DNA from: Trichosphaerium sp. ATCC 40318
Taxonomy: Eukaryota > Protista > Tubulinea
Reading direction: 5' to 3'
Length of the DNA: 47,466 nt
NCBI GenBank assembly: GCA_038496445.1
Contig: JALMLS010000136.1
Coordinates: forward strand, 1 to 47,466
Shown: positions 13,596 to 23,141 of the stretch, one piece after another
How the letters are laid out: each line of letters starts with the position of its first letter
Numbering within the stretch: the first letter of the stretch is position 1
The notes under the pieces: generated by a model
Database searches by the model: none
Told to the model about the DNA's origin: nothing
What the model saw: the letters and a program-made list of their open reading frames with translations, nothing else
Program-made: the position numbers and the translations under genes

Positions 13596-14671
13596 TTAAC
13601 TCTTTAGTACGAACCCTTTAAGTGACATAATACCCTCATCTGTAATGTTTTTACAGCCTCTCAGGGAAATATATTTGACACCAGCCAGAGCCTTGATACC
13701 TTCATCTGTGATTTGTTTACAATGTTCAAGCCAAATCTTGTGTACTCCAGCAAGTGCCCTTAACCCTTCATCTGTTATATTTGTACTATTGAGAACAATA
13801 GTGTTGACACTGGAAAGAGCTTTCAACCCTTCATCTGTTATGTGTTTACAAGAATCAAGATAAATAGTATGAGTGCCAACAAAAGCTGTTAGCCCTTCAT
13901 CTGTTACACTTGTATCACCAAGATCAATACTATGAACTCCAGTAAGAGCTTTTATCCCTTCATCTGAAATATGTTTACAGCCATACAGAACAATTGTATG
14001 TACTCCAGCAAGTGCTTTTAACCCTTCATCTGTAACACTTGAAAGGCTGAGAGTAATTGTATGAACACCAGAAAGAGCTTTTATCCCTTCATCTGAAATA
14101 TTTTCACAGCCACACAGGTCTATGGTATGTACTCCAGTAAGCGCTTTTAACCCTTCATCTGATATACTTGTACAAGTGAGATCAATACTATGAACTCCAG
14201 AAAGCGGTTTTATCCCTTCATCTGAAATATTGTTACAGCCATACAACGTAATTGTATGTACTCCAGCAAGTGCTTTTAAACCTTCATCTGTTACATATGT
14301 ATCACTGAGATCAATTTCACGAACACCAGCAAATACTTTGACAATAGAATCGGTATTGGATAGCTCCCTCACTTTGATTTTTGTATGCTGGAGAGTACTT
14401 GAATGTTTTAAAACTGATTTTGCTTGCGAGATACTTGCAATACAAACGCTACTGTATCCGATTATATCATGAATGATACATGCAAGCCGATGGCATGTTT
14501 GTGCCACTGCAAACCTCGCTTTTGTCGTTTGACGCAGAATATGTGCTAAAATCTCTGTAGGGAGGTCTAAAACGCTTTCTTGTGCACCTCTATAATGTTA
14601 GAATAGTTTATAGACTAATTAGCACGTGCTAAGTACCTTTGGTCTTTTACGTCCAGTCTGTTTGTTGTCAT
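13596..14671 (-). CDS. F-box + cysteine-containing short LRR protein (11 LRRs)
   Basis: MTTNRLDVKDQR|GAQESVLDLPTEILAHILRQ..AQTCH (F-box-like; one ~46-nt intron near 14591-14636), then intronless GVHTIxLxx(C/T)xx(I/V)(T/S)DEGxKAL repeats. Confidence 0.88.
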
Positions 14672-16067
14672 ATGATTTGATCCCACAAACACCGCTGATG
14701 TAAGTTATATTGGCCATAGAAGAAACGCTTTTCAATAAGCCACTCCTGTTTAAGTTACACAAGCTTGGCAATTTAGTGGATGCAAATAGCTAGAACATTT
14801 TTAACTTCTTAAACGAAATACAGTGCAAAGACCAAATGAAACACGTGTAGTACTGGTAAGGAATGCTTGCAGAGGAGTGTGGTAGCCATTTCACTAAAAA
14901 GAGACACAAAAGATAACTGTTTTGGCATTGATGCGAACTTAGACTTTACGTGCTTGTGATGATTGGTGGTAATCTACTGAATTTTTAAAGACCATGAAGA
15001 AGAAAGCAAAAAATATCACGTTTTCTTCAAGTATTGACTACTTACGCTATCTCACAGATTTCTGGCCTCTTAATATTCGACTACCAAAGCCATAGATACT
15101 AACTTTGCAAGGTTAATTTCGTAAGAAACACAATTGGGAGGATGATTACAATGTCTAGTGGCTCTAGCGCAGCCCTTTTGTTGACTAGGAATATATTAAG
15201 GCACAGGTTCTATTGCTAGTTAAGAAGGAGAAGATGTGTCGGTTGAGATGTATTTATGTTTATTATTAAATAATGATTGTCAAGTACAAAAGCAATTTTA
15301 TTCAATCAATTTCTATCAGCGTCTTTCCATTCGAATATATTACTTCCTTATAGCCTTGTTTTTGTTTTATATACACAGGATGTGGGATATTGTTTTTGTT
15401 GGCTTGTTTCCGCTGATAATCTACCGAAGATTATTTGATGAAAAAAGAAAGTAAAAATCAATCAGTTGTTGATTTGTTTAACAAGTTAAACCGTACTTTC
15501 TTGTATTGCTTCTTTATACGCTAATTCTAGAGGCTCTATGAGGTCTAGATACTTATCTCTCCTTTGTGGCAGTGGTGGGCTTTAAAGGCGTTAACACAGA
15601 GCTCCTAAAACGATAATGTTGAAATACCTTTGGGTTTGTGAATTTGCTGTTCTATGATAGCGCTGTCCATTATTAGGTTGTGTACTATTGCTTGATTTCT
15701 TTTGATATTGATGATAATTCCAAGGCTGTGGTGACGTCATTGTTGTTGATGGTTTTGTTTTTTACACTCTATCTAGGTTTTGCCATGCAAAAACTGTTCA
15801 AGAATCCCAAAGTAGTATGTGCAGATTTTCCTATCCAGAATGTATGTTCGCTATTAAATATGTTAAGATATTAGCCCTAAAACCCAACAAAAAGTTTATC
15901 AATCAGTAAGAAAACAATTCTGCTTACACTTTTCCACCAGTACATCTGTTTATCATAAGTTACAAACCTGACTTGTGTAGATATCTAAGACTTGAACATT
16001 TGTTACCCCTAAAGGAGAAGTACAGCCTCTTTAACCTTTAAATTTAGTTCACTTTTATTGACGTATG

Positions 16068-16946
16068 TTACAACAACCATGTTTTAAAAGAGTTTGGTTC
16101 CAACTCAATATATTCTATGCCCAATGTTTCAACGGATTCTTTCGTAACATAAATGCGTTTACCAACTTCAATAGTTCTTAGTGATGTTAAATATTCCAAA
16201 CATGAGTCTGTGATGTTGGAACAATCGTCAATTCTTAGGTGTTCTACATTAATTAAATGCTTCAAACCTTCATCTGTTATCCTGTGGCAATACACGAGGT
16301 GTAATCTTTTTACTTTTCTCAACGATTTGATTCCGTAATCTGTGATTGATGAGCCATAAAAAATAGTAACTGTGTGAACGTTTCTTAGGTGCTTTAGCCA
16401 TGAGTCTTGTGGTTCACGGAGGGTAATTTGGTGTACACGTGTTAGCGCTTTAATTCCGTTAACAGTAATGTTATGGCAACCAAAAAGGTTAATGGTGTGG
16501 ACTCCAGTGAGTGCCTTTAGTGAAGCATCCGTAATATCTGAGTGTGCCAAGTCAAGATAGTAAAAGATATGTTTCCCTCCTTGTAATAACCGGAGAATAC
16601 AAGCATCTGAACCGCTTGCTTTTTTTATACTTAGAGAGCGAACACCATTAAGTAAAGCCAAGTCGCTCTCTGAAACGTCGTATGCTTCTGAGTGAGGGCC
16701 TTCTATAGTAGTGTTTTTGAGCAATGGGCTGAGTTTACCGCTGAGAAAGTGAACATCTGACGACAAGTTTTTTAATTTGATCCTATCAAGGCCAATAATG
16801 TACCGAATGATATCTTTGAAGCCATGAGAAACCTCAGAAGCCGTAATACGATGGTTTCGGTTTAAATAACGTAAAATATGCGTTAGCGTCTCTGGCGGTA
16901 AGGACTGTTCGGTTTCTTTTATTTCTAATGGTCGCTTAGCTGACAT
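16068..16946 (-). CDS. F-box + LRR protein (more divergent paralogue), intronless
   Basis: MSAKRP..SLPPETLTHILRYL..SEVSH F-box; repeats such as GVHTINLFGCHNITVNGIKAL and LHLVYCHRITDEGLKHL. Confidence 0.85.
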   Translation of the reverse strand: MSAKRPLEIKETEQSLPPETLTHILRYLNRNHRITASEVSHGFKDIIRYIIGLDRIKLKNLSSDVHFLSGKLSPLLKNTTIEGPHSEAYDVSESDLALLNGVRSLSIKKASGSDACILRLLQGGKHIFYYLDLAHSDITDASLKALTGVHTINLFGCHNITVNGIKALTRVHQITLREPQDSWLKHLRNVHTVTIFYGSSITDYGIKSLRKVKRLHLVYCHRITDEGLKHLINVEHLRIDDCSNITDSCLEYLTSLRTIEVGKRIYVTKESVETLGIEYIELEPNSFKTWLL

Positions 16947-17506
16947 TAAATTGTGAACGATGGTAGATTGTGTCACGTGTTTAAAAAGTAATATTACTTC
17001 AATTGACCCAAACGGCAATGGTTCTCTTTATGTTTTTGACCTTCGAAATTCTCTAGCTTGGATACATTGTTAAACAGGTATCTAGATCTCATCACGAACA
17101 CAACAAGCTAAATAGCAAGATAGTTGGGCAGTGAGTCACTCCTCTCTACATGGTCTTCTCGTTGTATATACAACATATTCGCTGTATAAGAACAAGGACA
17201 TGGGCCTTAACTCACTGACGTAAGTACTTCTACTGAAGTTGTTCAGAGAATAAGCTTAGTATTTTTCACAGCTTTTACAACATGTCTAAAAGGCGTTCTG
17301 CAGGCTTCGAGCCGTCTAAAATGTTATCAACATCGCTAATAAATACACATGAAGGCACTTGTAGTAGAATCAGACCCGTTAAACAAAGAATGAACTCAAA
17401 TGGAAACGAAATGGGTATCAATCTCCCCCAACATACACTAGAGTGCGTCCCTGCAAATATTAACAATATAAACGGTTCGGGGTTAACGAATACATCAAAG
17501 ACTTAG

Positions 17507-17660
17507 TTCTTTCATCCTTGCTGACGAGAGTGAATTTGAGAAAGAATTAGCATCGCTGAAGATGCTTCGCAAGGAAGGTTACCTGAATGATGCACAATAT
17601 GTTAACAGACGCAAAGGTTTACTGTTATCTTCAAAACTAGCTAATGAACAACATGTTTAC
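17507..17660 (+). other. Possible exon or gene fragment with a SHOCT-like short C-terminal motif
   Basis: After ..TTAG the frame reads SFILADESEFEKELASLKMLRKEGYLNDAQYVNRRKGLL, which resembles the SHOCT pattern LxxLxxxGxLxxxEYxxxKxxLL. Gene structure is unresolved. Confidence 0.3.
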
Positions 17661-17894
17661 ATGGTAACGTTTGTTTATTTGATAGCTTTATTGCAAACTT
17701 ACATTGTCGAAGGTCTTTCAGCCTCGGTGGCAATGGTTATAGTTCAACCCAACCGTTATTGTGTAAACAAATTCCATGCTAATTGTTTTTCAATAAATAA
17801 AATTCAGTCTACAAAGAGTTGCGAAAACAATATCTGCAACCTCATGTAAAATTTACATGGTGAAGTAATGTAAAGTCTGATACTACATTTTATT

Positions 17895-18180
17895 ACAAAT
17901 CACGTGATAAAAAAACACACACGCGTGCGATTTACAACTACATCCACAATAGGCGAGTGTATGTGAAAATACTGTATCATGGTCTGTGTAAGGTACAGTT
18001 CGAAACGGTTTACAAACGTTCGAAAAAAGAAAAAAATGTTCGAAAAAATTGTTCGAAAAATCAAAAAGTTCGAAAAAACAATATAAAACACTGCAACCGA
18101 CACTCGCAATACGTGAACTCAAAATTACGTACCAATTTCCTAAAACAAACGTTGCAGAGCTATCACGTGATAAAAAAGCC
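17895..18180 (+). promoter_or_regulatory. Putative promoter cassette of ANK-PARP copy 1: ATCACGTGATA - 5x GTTCGAA - ATCACGTGATA
   Basis: CACGTG at 17901 and 18164; GTTCGAA at 17998, 18018, 18038, 18051 and 18068; the arrangement is conserved in the paralogue. Confidence 0.5.
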
Positions 18181-18673
18181 AAAAGGCACGTAAAAAGCTC
18201 TCGTATACGTTGTCATGTTGAGCGCTAACGGAACATTAACAAACGCGTGAAAAACCACTTTCGATCAAGGAAATGTATTTGACTACCTCCGTCATATCTT
18301 TTTTCTTTGTCGGACTTATCAAGTTTGAGTTGGATGAGTCGGGAGGTAGTTAGATTAACGCCTTTTTAATTATTTTTTTTAGCAAAGTGAGGAAAACGGA
18401 AAACCAAGAAGTATAACATCTGCGGTTGCATATCATGTTACACCGAGACTTAAAAGGTATTGTTGTTACCAAGTCCTTAAATATAATAATATTACCTAGC
18501 CGAACTGAAGAAACTTGGATCAGCACTGCGCAAGCTTAATTTTTTTTTTTATTAAGTCAGTTTATTGACACGACGGTACATTCCGCACATGTTTACACAT
18601 GAAGTACAGCAAAAACTAAGGGTTACGATCCCTTCGCCGTTAAACGATTAAATAGGTGGACCACACCTGCTAG

Positions 18674-21600
18674 CTAGAGCAAAGGCATGTATAAGTAGGA
18701 TTTGTCTTTTGGGTTTTTAAGTCTATTTTCTACCAGAGCCATTTCTTTTTCAATCAGTGATCGGTGTTTAGTGAAAGAGGGGAGCCCTTCTGAGTGTCGG
18801 GCTGCATTATAAGCTATCCAAGTCCGTTTTATAAGGATTGCCAGGTAAAGTTGGTTAATTGGGCTAAGAGAAGATAGGGAATGCAAGGTGTCAGAACAGA
18901 ATTGAAAGTTAAGTCTAAGTTTTTTAGCAATGATGGTAGTAACATAGTAAGGAGGAGATTTGAAGAGGATCCACATAATATGGTCTTGTTCAGCGTCATA
19001 GGCGCATCGAAGTGTGCGTAGGATTGCTCTAAGTAGGTAATCTCTGAGTATAGGGAATATTTTGAAGTGGTTGCCCGTGTGTAGAACTTTGAAGGTGTTT
19101 TCCAGTTTGAGGCCATACTTGATTAGCATCTCTTTGATACGAGCAGTTGGTTCGCCTTTATTAGCAGTAGAAAGTTTATAAAGTTGTTTGGCGCTTCTCG
19201 GTTTAGGGCCTACAGCATCTATAACTTCATCTAAAGAGCAGTTTATGAATTTGGTGTTGAGGGATATCCAGGCGTTTCTACAAATTGTGAAATGGTAAGA
19301 GGCATTGGCTTTAGACCACATGCCAAAGTGATTATGCCATTGATTCCATAAGCGGTAAAATGGTAGGTGGTTGGAGTGGTAGTTGTACAGAAAATTTTCC
19401 CAGTGAGAAGCCAGCAAAGCTGTGTTAAAAGTAGCAGGGTTGATCAAATCAAAGCCACCTTGAGATGTGCTATTGAAGATTCGCTTAGGTGAGCGTCGAA
19501 ATTGTTTGCCAAAAAAAAGGTAAGTAGTAGCAAGCTTGATAGAGTTAATTTGCTGGGGAGAAGCCTTGATAAGTCTAAACAGATATGTGAAGAGGGAGAT
19601 GGAGTAAGAAACGTATATAGTTTTTTTGGAGTAGAGTGTTCTTGTGAGATTGGCCCACCTTGTGGATTTGTTTTGTAGATTATTAACAACATTCCAAATT
19701 GTATTTTCTAAACCGATATTGTTTTTGTTATAAGTGAAGGTGGTACCAAGATAAGTGGCTGAGCTAGTAGACTTGTAAGGAGACAAAAGCGGTTTGTTGG
19801 TTATGGACATGCACTTGTCAGGATGGGCTATAAGACCTGTAGTGGATTGAGCTGCTTTAAAGACTTTGGTCATTTCAGTAATATCTTTGACAGAAGTGGC
19901 AAGAACAACAACGTCATCGGCAAAAGCAAGATAAGTAACCTTAGTTTTGTGTAACATGACACCATCCAACTTGCGGTTAAGCAGGTTGAGGAGTGGTTGA
20001 AGAGTGATAACAAATAGGGTAGGTGAAAGAGGGTCTCCTTGTTTGACTCCACGGGATACCAGAAACGGCTTAGACAGGGTGCGATTAACATAGACTTTGA
20101 AAAAAGTGTTAGAAAGGCAAGCTTTGATAAGGTTAAGAAAGGGCTTAGGCACTTTGAAGTGTTTGAGTGTGCGAAAGATGGCTTTATGATCAACTGAGTC
20201 AAATGCTTTTTGAAAATCAATAAAGGAGAAGTTGTAAATGTTGTTACCATCACCACAATCAATTTCTTGGAAGAAAGCCTCCTCCAAAGTAATGATATTT
20301 GTGGTAATGTCCCGTCCAGGTACAAATCCGCTCTGTGTTTTAGGAATGATGTGTTTGAGGATACAGCGTAACCTGTTGTTGATCAAGTGAGTGAGAATTT
20401 TATAGTCAGTATTGAGAAGAGCAATAGGGCGGCGATTACGAGGATCCAGAACATCACCTTTGTTTTTGTAAAGAGAGATAAATATTCCTTTTTTGAATGC
20501 TGCCGGAATGGAGACTGAGGAAGGGTTGCTAGTGTATGTGTTGTTAATACACCTGAGGAGGGAAGAAGAGAGTTTTGGAAACATTTTGTAGACAAAGGAT
20601 GGTAATGTATCTGGACCTGGAGCAGAAGAACCATTGAGCTTTGTGAGGACCTTATTCATTTCATCTTTGGTAAATGGTGAACTCATGTTTTTGAGTGCAG
20701 ATTTGGGGACTTTGCGAAGCAGTGGTTTAAGAGAAGAGCTTTTAAGTATAAGGCCATGTTTGGTAGCATTAGTTTTAGATTTTTTGTAAAGGTTTTCATA
20801 GAACGTACGCAGCACTTCAAGGATGTCTTTTGTAGAGTGAACTATCTCATTTTTAGAATTTTTCATAGCAGTAACGATTTGATTGTGACGTTTGCTGGCT
20901 AATCTAGCTGAAAGTAACGGACCAGGCACTTCATCAACAGTAAAGTCTTGAAGCCCTGCCTTGAACATTTGAACAGATTTGTAGCCTCGCTCCCAGTAAG
21001 ACAGCTTGGCACATAAATGAATATGTTCAGCAGTACCTGGTGAAGTGTTACTAAGTTGCTGTTTAACTTGATAGCGATTATGATTAATGATTTTGACCAG
21101 ATCTAATTGGTTTTTTTTAAGAGAGTGAGTAAGAGTACGCTTTATGCTACACCATTGGTGAAGGTTATTTGCTAAATGTGTGTTGGTGGATTGGACAGTG
21201 GTTTTTAAAGTTTCAGAGTATTTCATCCAGTTTTGGAGCCGCCATAAGCCTTTGCTAAGTTTGTTTTTGTGAGAAGAGAACTTGGAAACAAGGAAGCAGT
21301 GGTCATAGTTTGATAGTGGAGGATCAACTTCGAATTTAGTGCAGGATTGATGCCAAAATTTACTAGCAAAAATATAATCGATTTTAGACTGAGAAGACTT
21401 ACCACGGTAACAGGTAGAGAGAAGGTTATTGTCAATATCAGTTAGACTGTTAGAGAGAAGAATTGTACCTAGTTCAAACAAGCCCGTAAGCCTAGAATCT
21501 GAACTGCTACAGTGTGGGGTGACATGTTTGACTGAAAAAATTGTATTGAAATCACCTAATAGAAAATCGACGTTGCTAACGTTTTGATTAAGAGAGGAAA

Positions 21601-21997
21601 AAAAAGCAGGGCGTTCTTTAGACTGAGAGGGAGCGTATACAACACAGATGTTGAAGGAAACAGCATTTTTGGTGACTGTGGCTGTGACATACCTGCCGGA
21701 TTGGGAGAGCACAATATTTGAGATGTTGAGTGACTTGCGGAGTATCAGTGCTGTACCTGAATGCCTTGAGGAAGGTTGAGGAGACCAAGCGACCTTGTAA
21801 GTAGAAGAGGAGACAAAAAAGGGTATAGAGTTGGTTCTACGTGAGTTAGAGGAGTTTGAAATAGGTTTCCAATGTGTTTCAGAGACAGCGACAAGGTCAA
21901 GATTGTGAAAAGACATTTTTTGAAGCAAGAAGTTCCATTTATTGACAGTAGTAAGTCCGTTAGCGTTCCAAGAGCCTATAGCTAAGTTGAGAGTCAT
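18674..21997 (-). CDS. LINE ORF2: apurinic-like endonuclease + reverse transcriptase (1107 aa)
   Basis: EN motifs SWNANGL, VSETH, VYAP, GDFN, IDYIF, YDH. RT motifs SAPGPD, RPIALLNTDYKI, QSGFVPGR, IDFQKAFDSVDH, GVKQGDPLSPTLF, FADD, YLG. Confidence 0.97.
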   Translation of the reverse strand: MTLNLAIGSWNANGLTTVNKWNFLLQKMSFHNLDLVAVSETHWKPISNSSNSRRTNSIPFFVSSSTYKVAWSPQPSSRHSGTALILRKSLNISNIVLSQSGRYVTATVTKNAVSFNICVVYAPSQSKERPAFFSSLNQNVSNVDFLLGDFNTIFSVKHVTPHCSSSDSRLTGLFELGTILLSNSLTDIDNNLLSTCYRGKSSQSKIDYIFASKFWHQSCTKFEVDPPLSNYDHCFLVSKFSSHKNKLSKGLWRLQNWMKYSETLKTTVQSTNTHLANNLHQWCSIKRTLTHSLKKNQLDLVKIINHNRYQVKQQLSNTSPGTAEHIHLCAKLSYWERGYKSVQMFKAGLQDFTVDEVPGPLLSARLASKRHNQIVTAMKNSKNEIVHSTKDILEVLRTFYENLYKKSKTNATKHGLILKSSSLKPLLRKVPKSALKNMSSPFTKDEMNKVLTKLNGSSAPGPDTLPSFVYKMFPKLSSSLLRCINNTYTSNPSSVSIPAAFKKGIFISLYKNKGDVLDPRNRRPIALLNTDYKILTHLINNRLRCILKHIIPKTQSGFVPGRDITTNIITLEEAFFQEIDCGDGNNIYNFSFIDFQKAFDSVDHKAIFRTLKHFKVPKPFLNLIKACLSNTFFKVYVNRTLSKPFLVSRGVKQGDPLSPTLFVITLQPLLNLLNRKLDGVMLHKTKVTYLAFADDVVVLATSVKDITEMTKVFKAAQSTTGLIAHPDKCMSITNKPLLSPYKSTSSATYLGTTFTYNKNNIGLENTIWNVVNNLQNKSTRWANLTRTLYSKKTIYVSYSISLFTYLFRLIKASPQQINSIKLATTYLFFGKQFRRSPKRIFNSTSQGGFDLINPATFNTALLASHWENFLYNYHSNHLPFYRLWNQWHNHFGMWSKANASYHFTICRNAWISLNTKFINCSLDEVIDAVGPKPRSAKQLYKLSTANKGEPTARIKEMLIKYGLKLENTFKVLHTGNHFKIFPILRDYLLRAILRTLRCAYDAEQDHIMWILFKSPPYYVTTIIAKKLRLNFQFCSDTLHSLSSLSPINQLYLAILIKRTWIAYNAARHSEGLPSFTKHRSLIEKEMALVENRLKNPKDKSYLYMPLL

Positions 21998-22827
21998 AGG
22001 TTGGAGTCGCTAGAGGGTAGTTTAACAATTTTGCTGGGTGAGTCAATGAGAAAAGGCTCGTAAGGGTCTACTGTATCTACATGAGTTACTTTACGACGTT
22101 TGGCGGGAGGAGAGGAAGTACTTGCGTTATTATCAGTGCCGTCAGAATATTCTGCTTTGCGAGAGGTTTTTTCGAAAAAGGTGATGGTAATGGAGTCATT
22201 ACCCGAAGGTATAACAACTCTACCAGGGCCAGTGAGTTTAGGACATACAGCAAGGAGATCGACATAAATGGTTTCACCAGGGATATTGCGGATGGATACA
22301 CGGTGAATAGAGCCAACATGTGCGTGGTACGACATTTCTAAGAACTTTTGGAAAAGTTGGGGGGTAATGTTAACCGGGATACCATGGAATACAATAGTTT
22401 GCGCTGGAGGAGCTTTGGCGGAGGAAGTGTAAGCGATACCATCATGAAAACATCTGAAAATTTGGGATGGGTATGAGATACGGATATTAGCAAACGACTT
22501 TAAAATCCACCCTTCTGAGGTGTTTTTAATGGTCGTGAGCCCTTGGTCGATGGAGTTGAGAAATTCATCAGGATCTTGAAATAATGGCGTGATAGCGGTA
22601 CGTAGGAACGTAGGAAAGTCAGGAGCTAAGTTTTTGTTGACTCTAACAGCTGTAAAGGTGAGATTTGGGTCATTGAGGTTATCCGCCGTAACAGCGGTTC
22701 CATTAGGCAAGTTAGGGGTACCAAGAGCAATAATAGTGACGATAATGGTGGTTTGGGCAGTATTAGCTAGCAGGGCGGACCAACCTTGTAGTACTGTTTC
22801 ATTCGGATTAGTCTGTGGAGCCGCCAT
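21994..22827 (-). CDS. LINE ORF1 (277 aa; RRM-like segment, NLS PPAKRRKV)
   Basis: Lies upstream of ORF2 and overlaps it by ATGA; TIVFHGIPVNIT.. resembles the first strand of an ORF1 RRM. Confidence 0.85.
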   Translation of the reverse strand: MAAPQTNPNETVLQGWSALLANTAQTTIIVTIIALGTPNLPNGTAVTADNLNDPNLTFTAVRVNKNLAPDFPTFLRTAITPLFQDPDEFLNSIDQGLTTIKNTSEGWILKSFANIRISYPSQIFRCFHDGIAYTSSAKAPPAQTIVFHGIPVNITPQLFQKFLEMSYHAHVGSIHRVSIRNIPGETIYVDLLAVCPKLTGPGRVVIPSGNDSITITFFEKTSRKAEYSDGTDNNASTSSPPAKRRKVTHVDTVDPYEPFLIDSPSKIVKLPSSDSNL

Positions 22828-23141
22828 GGCAGAGACGTTGCGATGATAGAGTAGTTAAGGAAGGACCCCTGCGCAAGCTTAATCCTAATACTTCTATCTT
22901 GAGCAAATATTTTGATTTGAGACAGCTTAAGGATGTAGAGAAAATAACAACAGGTACAGTGTATACAGTAGTATGTCCATTTATGTTATCTGTAGTATAC
23001 AAACTACAGAATCTATATAACGGAGAGACAGCCAATAAACTTCTACTTGTTTCAGGTTTGTTTATTAGCATTAGTACATGTTAACCATCAATTTAGCTTA
23101 TGTTGATTTGCCAAATATTAAATCGATGTGCTTACATGTAG

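Larger units (their letters stand above)
18541..22868 (-). mobile_element. Full-length L1/Tx1-clade non-LTR retrotransposon (APE-type LINE)
   Basis: 15-bp TSD CTGCGCAAGCTTAAT at 18526-18540 and 22869-22883; poly(A) (T-run starting at 18541) downstream of AATAAA; two intact ORFs; 41-nt 5' UTR. Confidence 0.96.

Noticed and set aside
14750-16050. Short ORFs 15236-15454 and 15680-15874, and similarly 9465-9740 and 31187-31673
   Set aside because: No motifs or coherent splice structure; probably intergenic or decayed sequence.
17521-17545. CTGACGAG...GAAA hammerhead-like core
   Set aside because: No convincing stem II or flanking stems; the stretch reads better as coding sequence (LADESEFEKE).
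17998-18075. GTTCGAA as the T-loop of tRNA genes (TRE-like tRNA targeting of the LINE)
   Set aside because: No cloverleaf or A-box can be formed, the flanks are A-tracts, and the site is ~470 bp from the insertion.
18829-22846. Alternative-frame and antisense ORFs within the LINE (e.g. 19870-20325, 22081-22341, 22589-22846)
   Set aside because: Shadow ORFs of ORF1/ORF2 codon bias, with no motifs.
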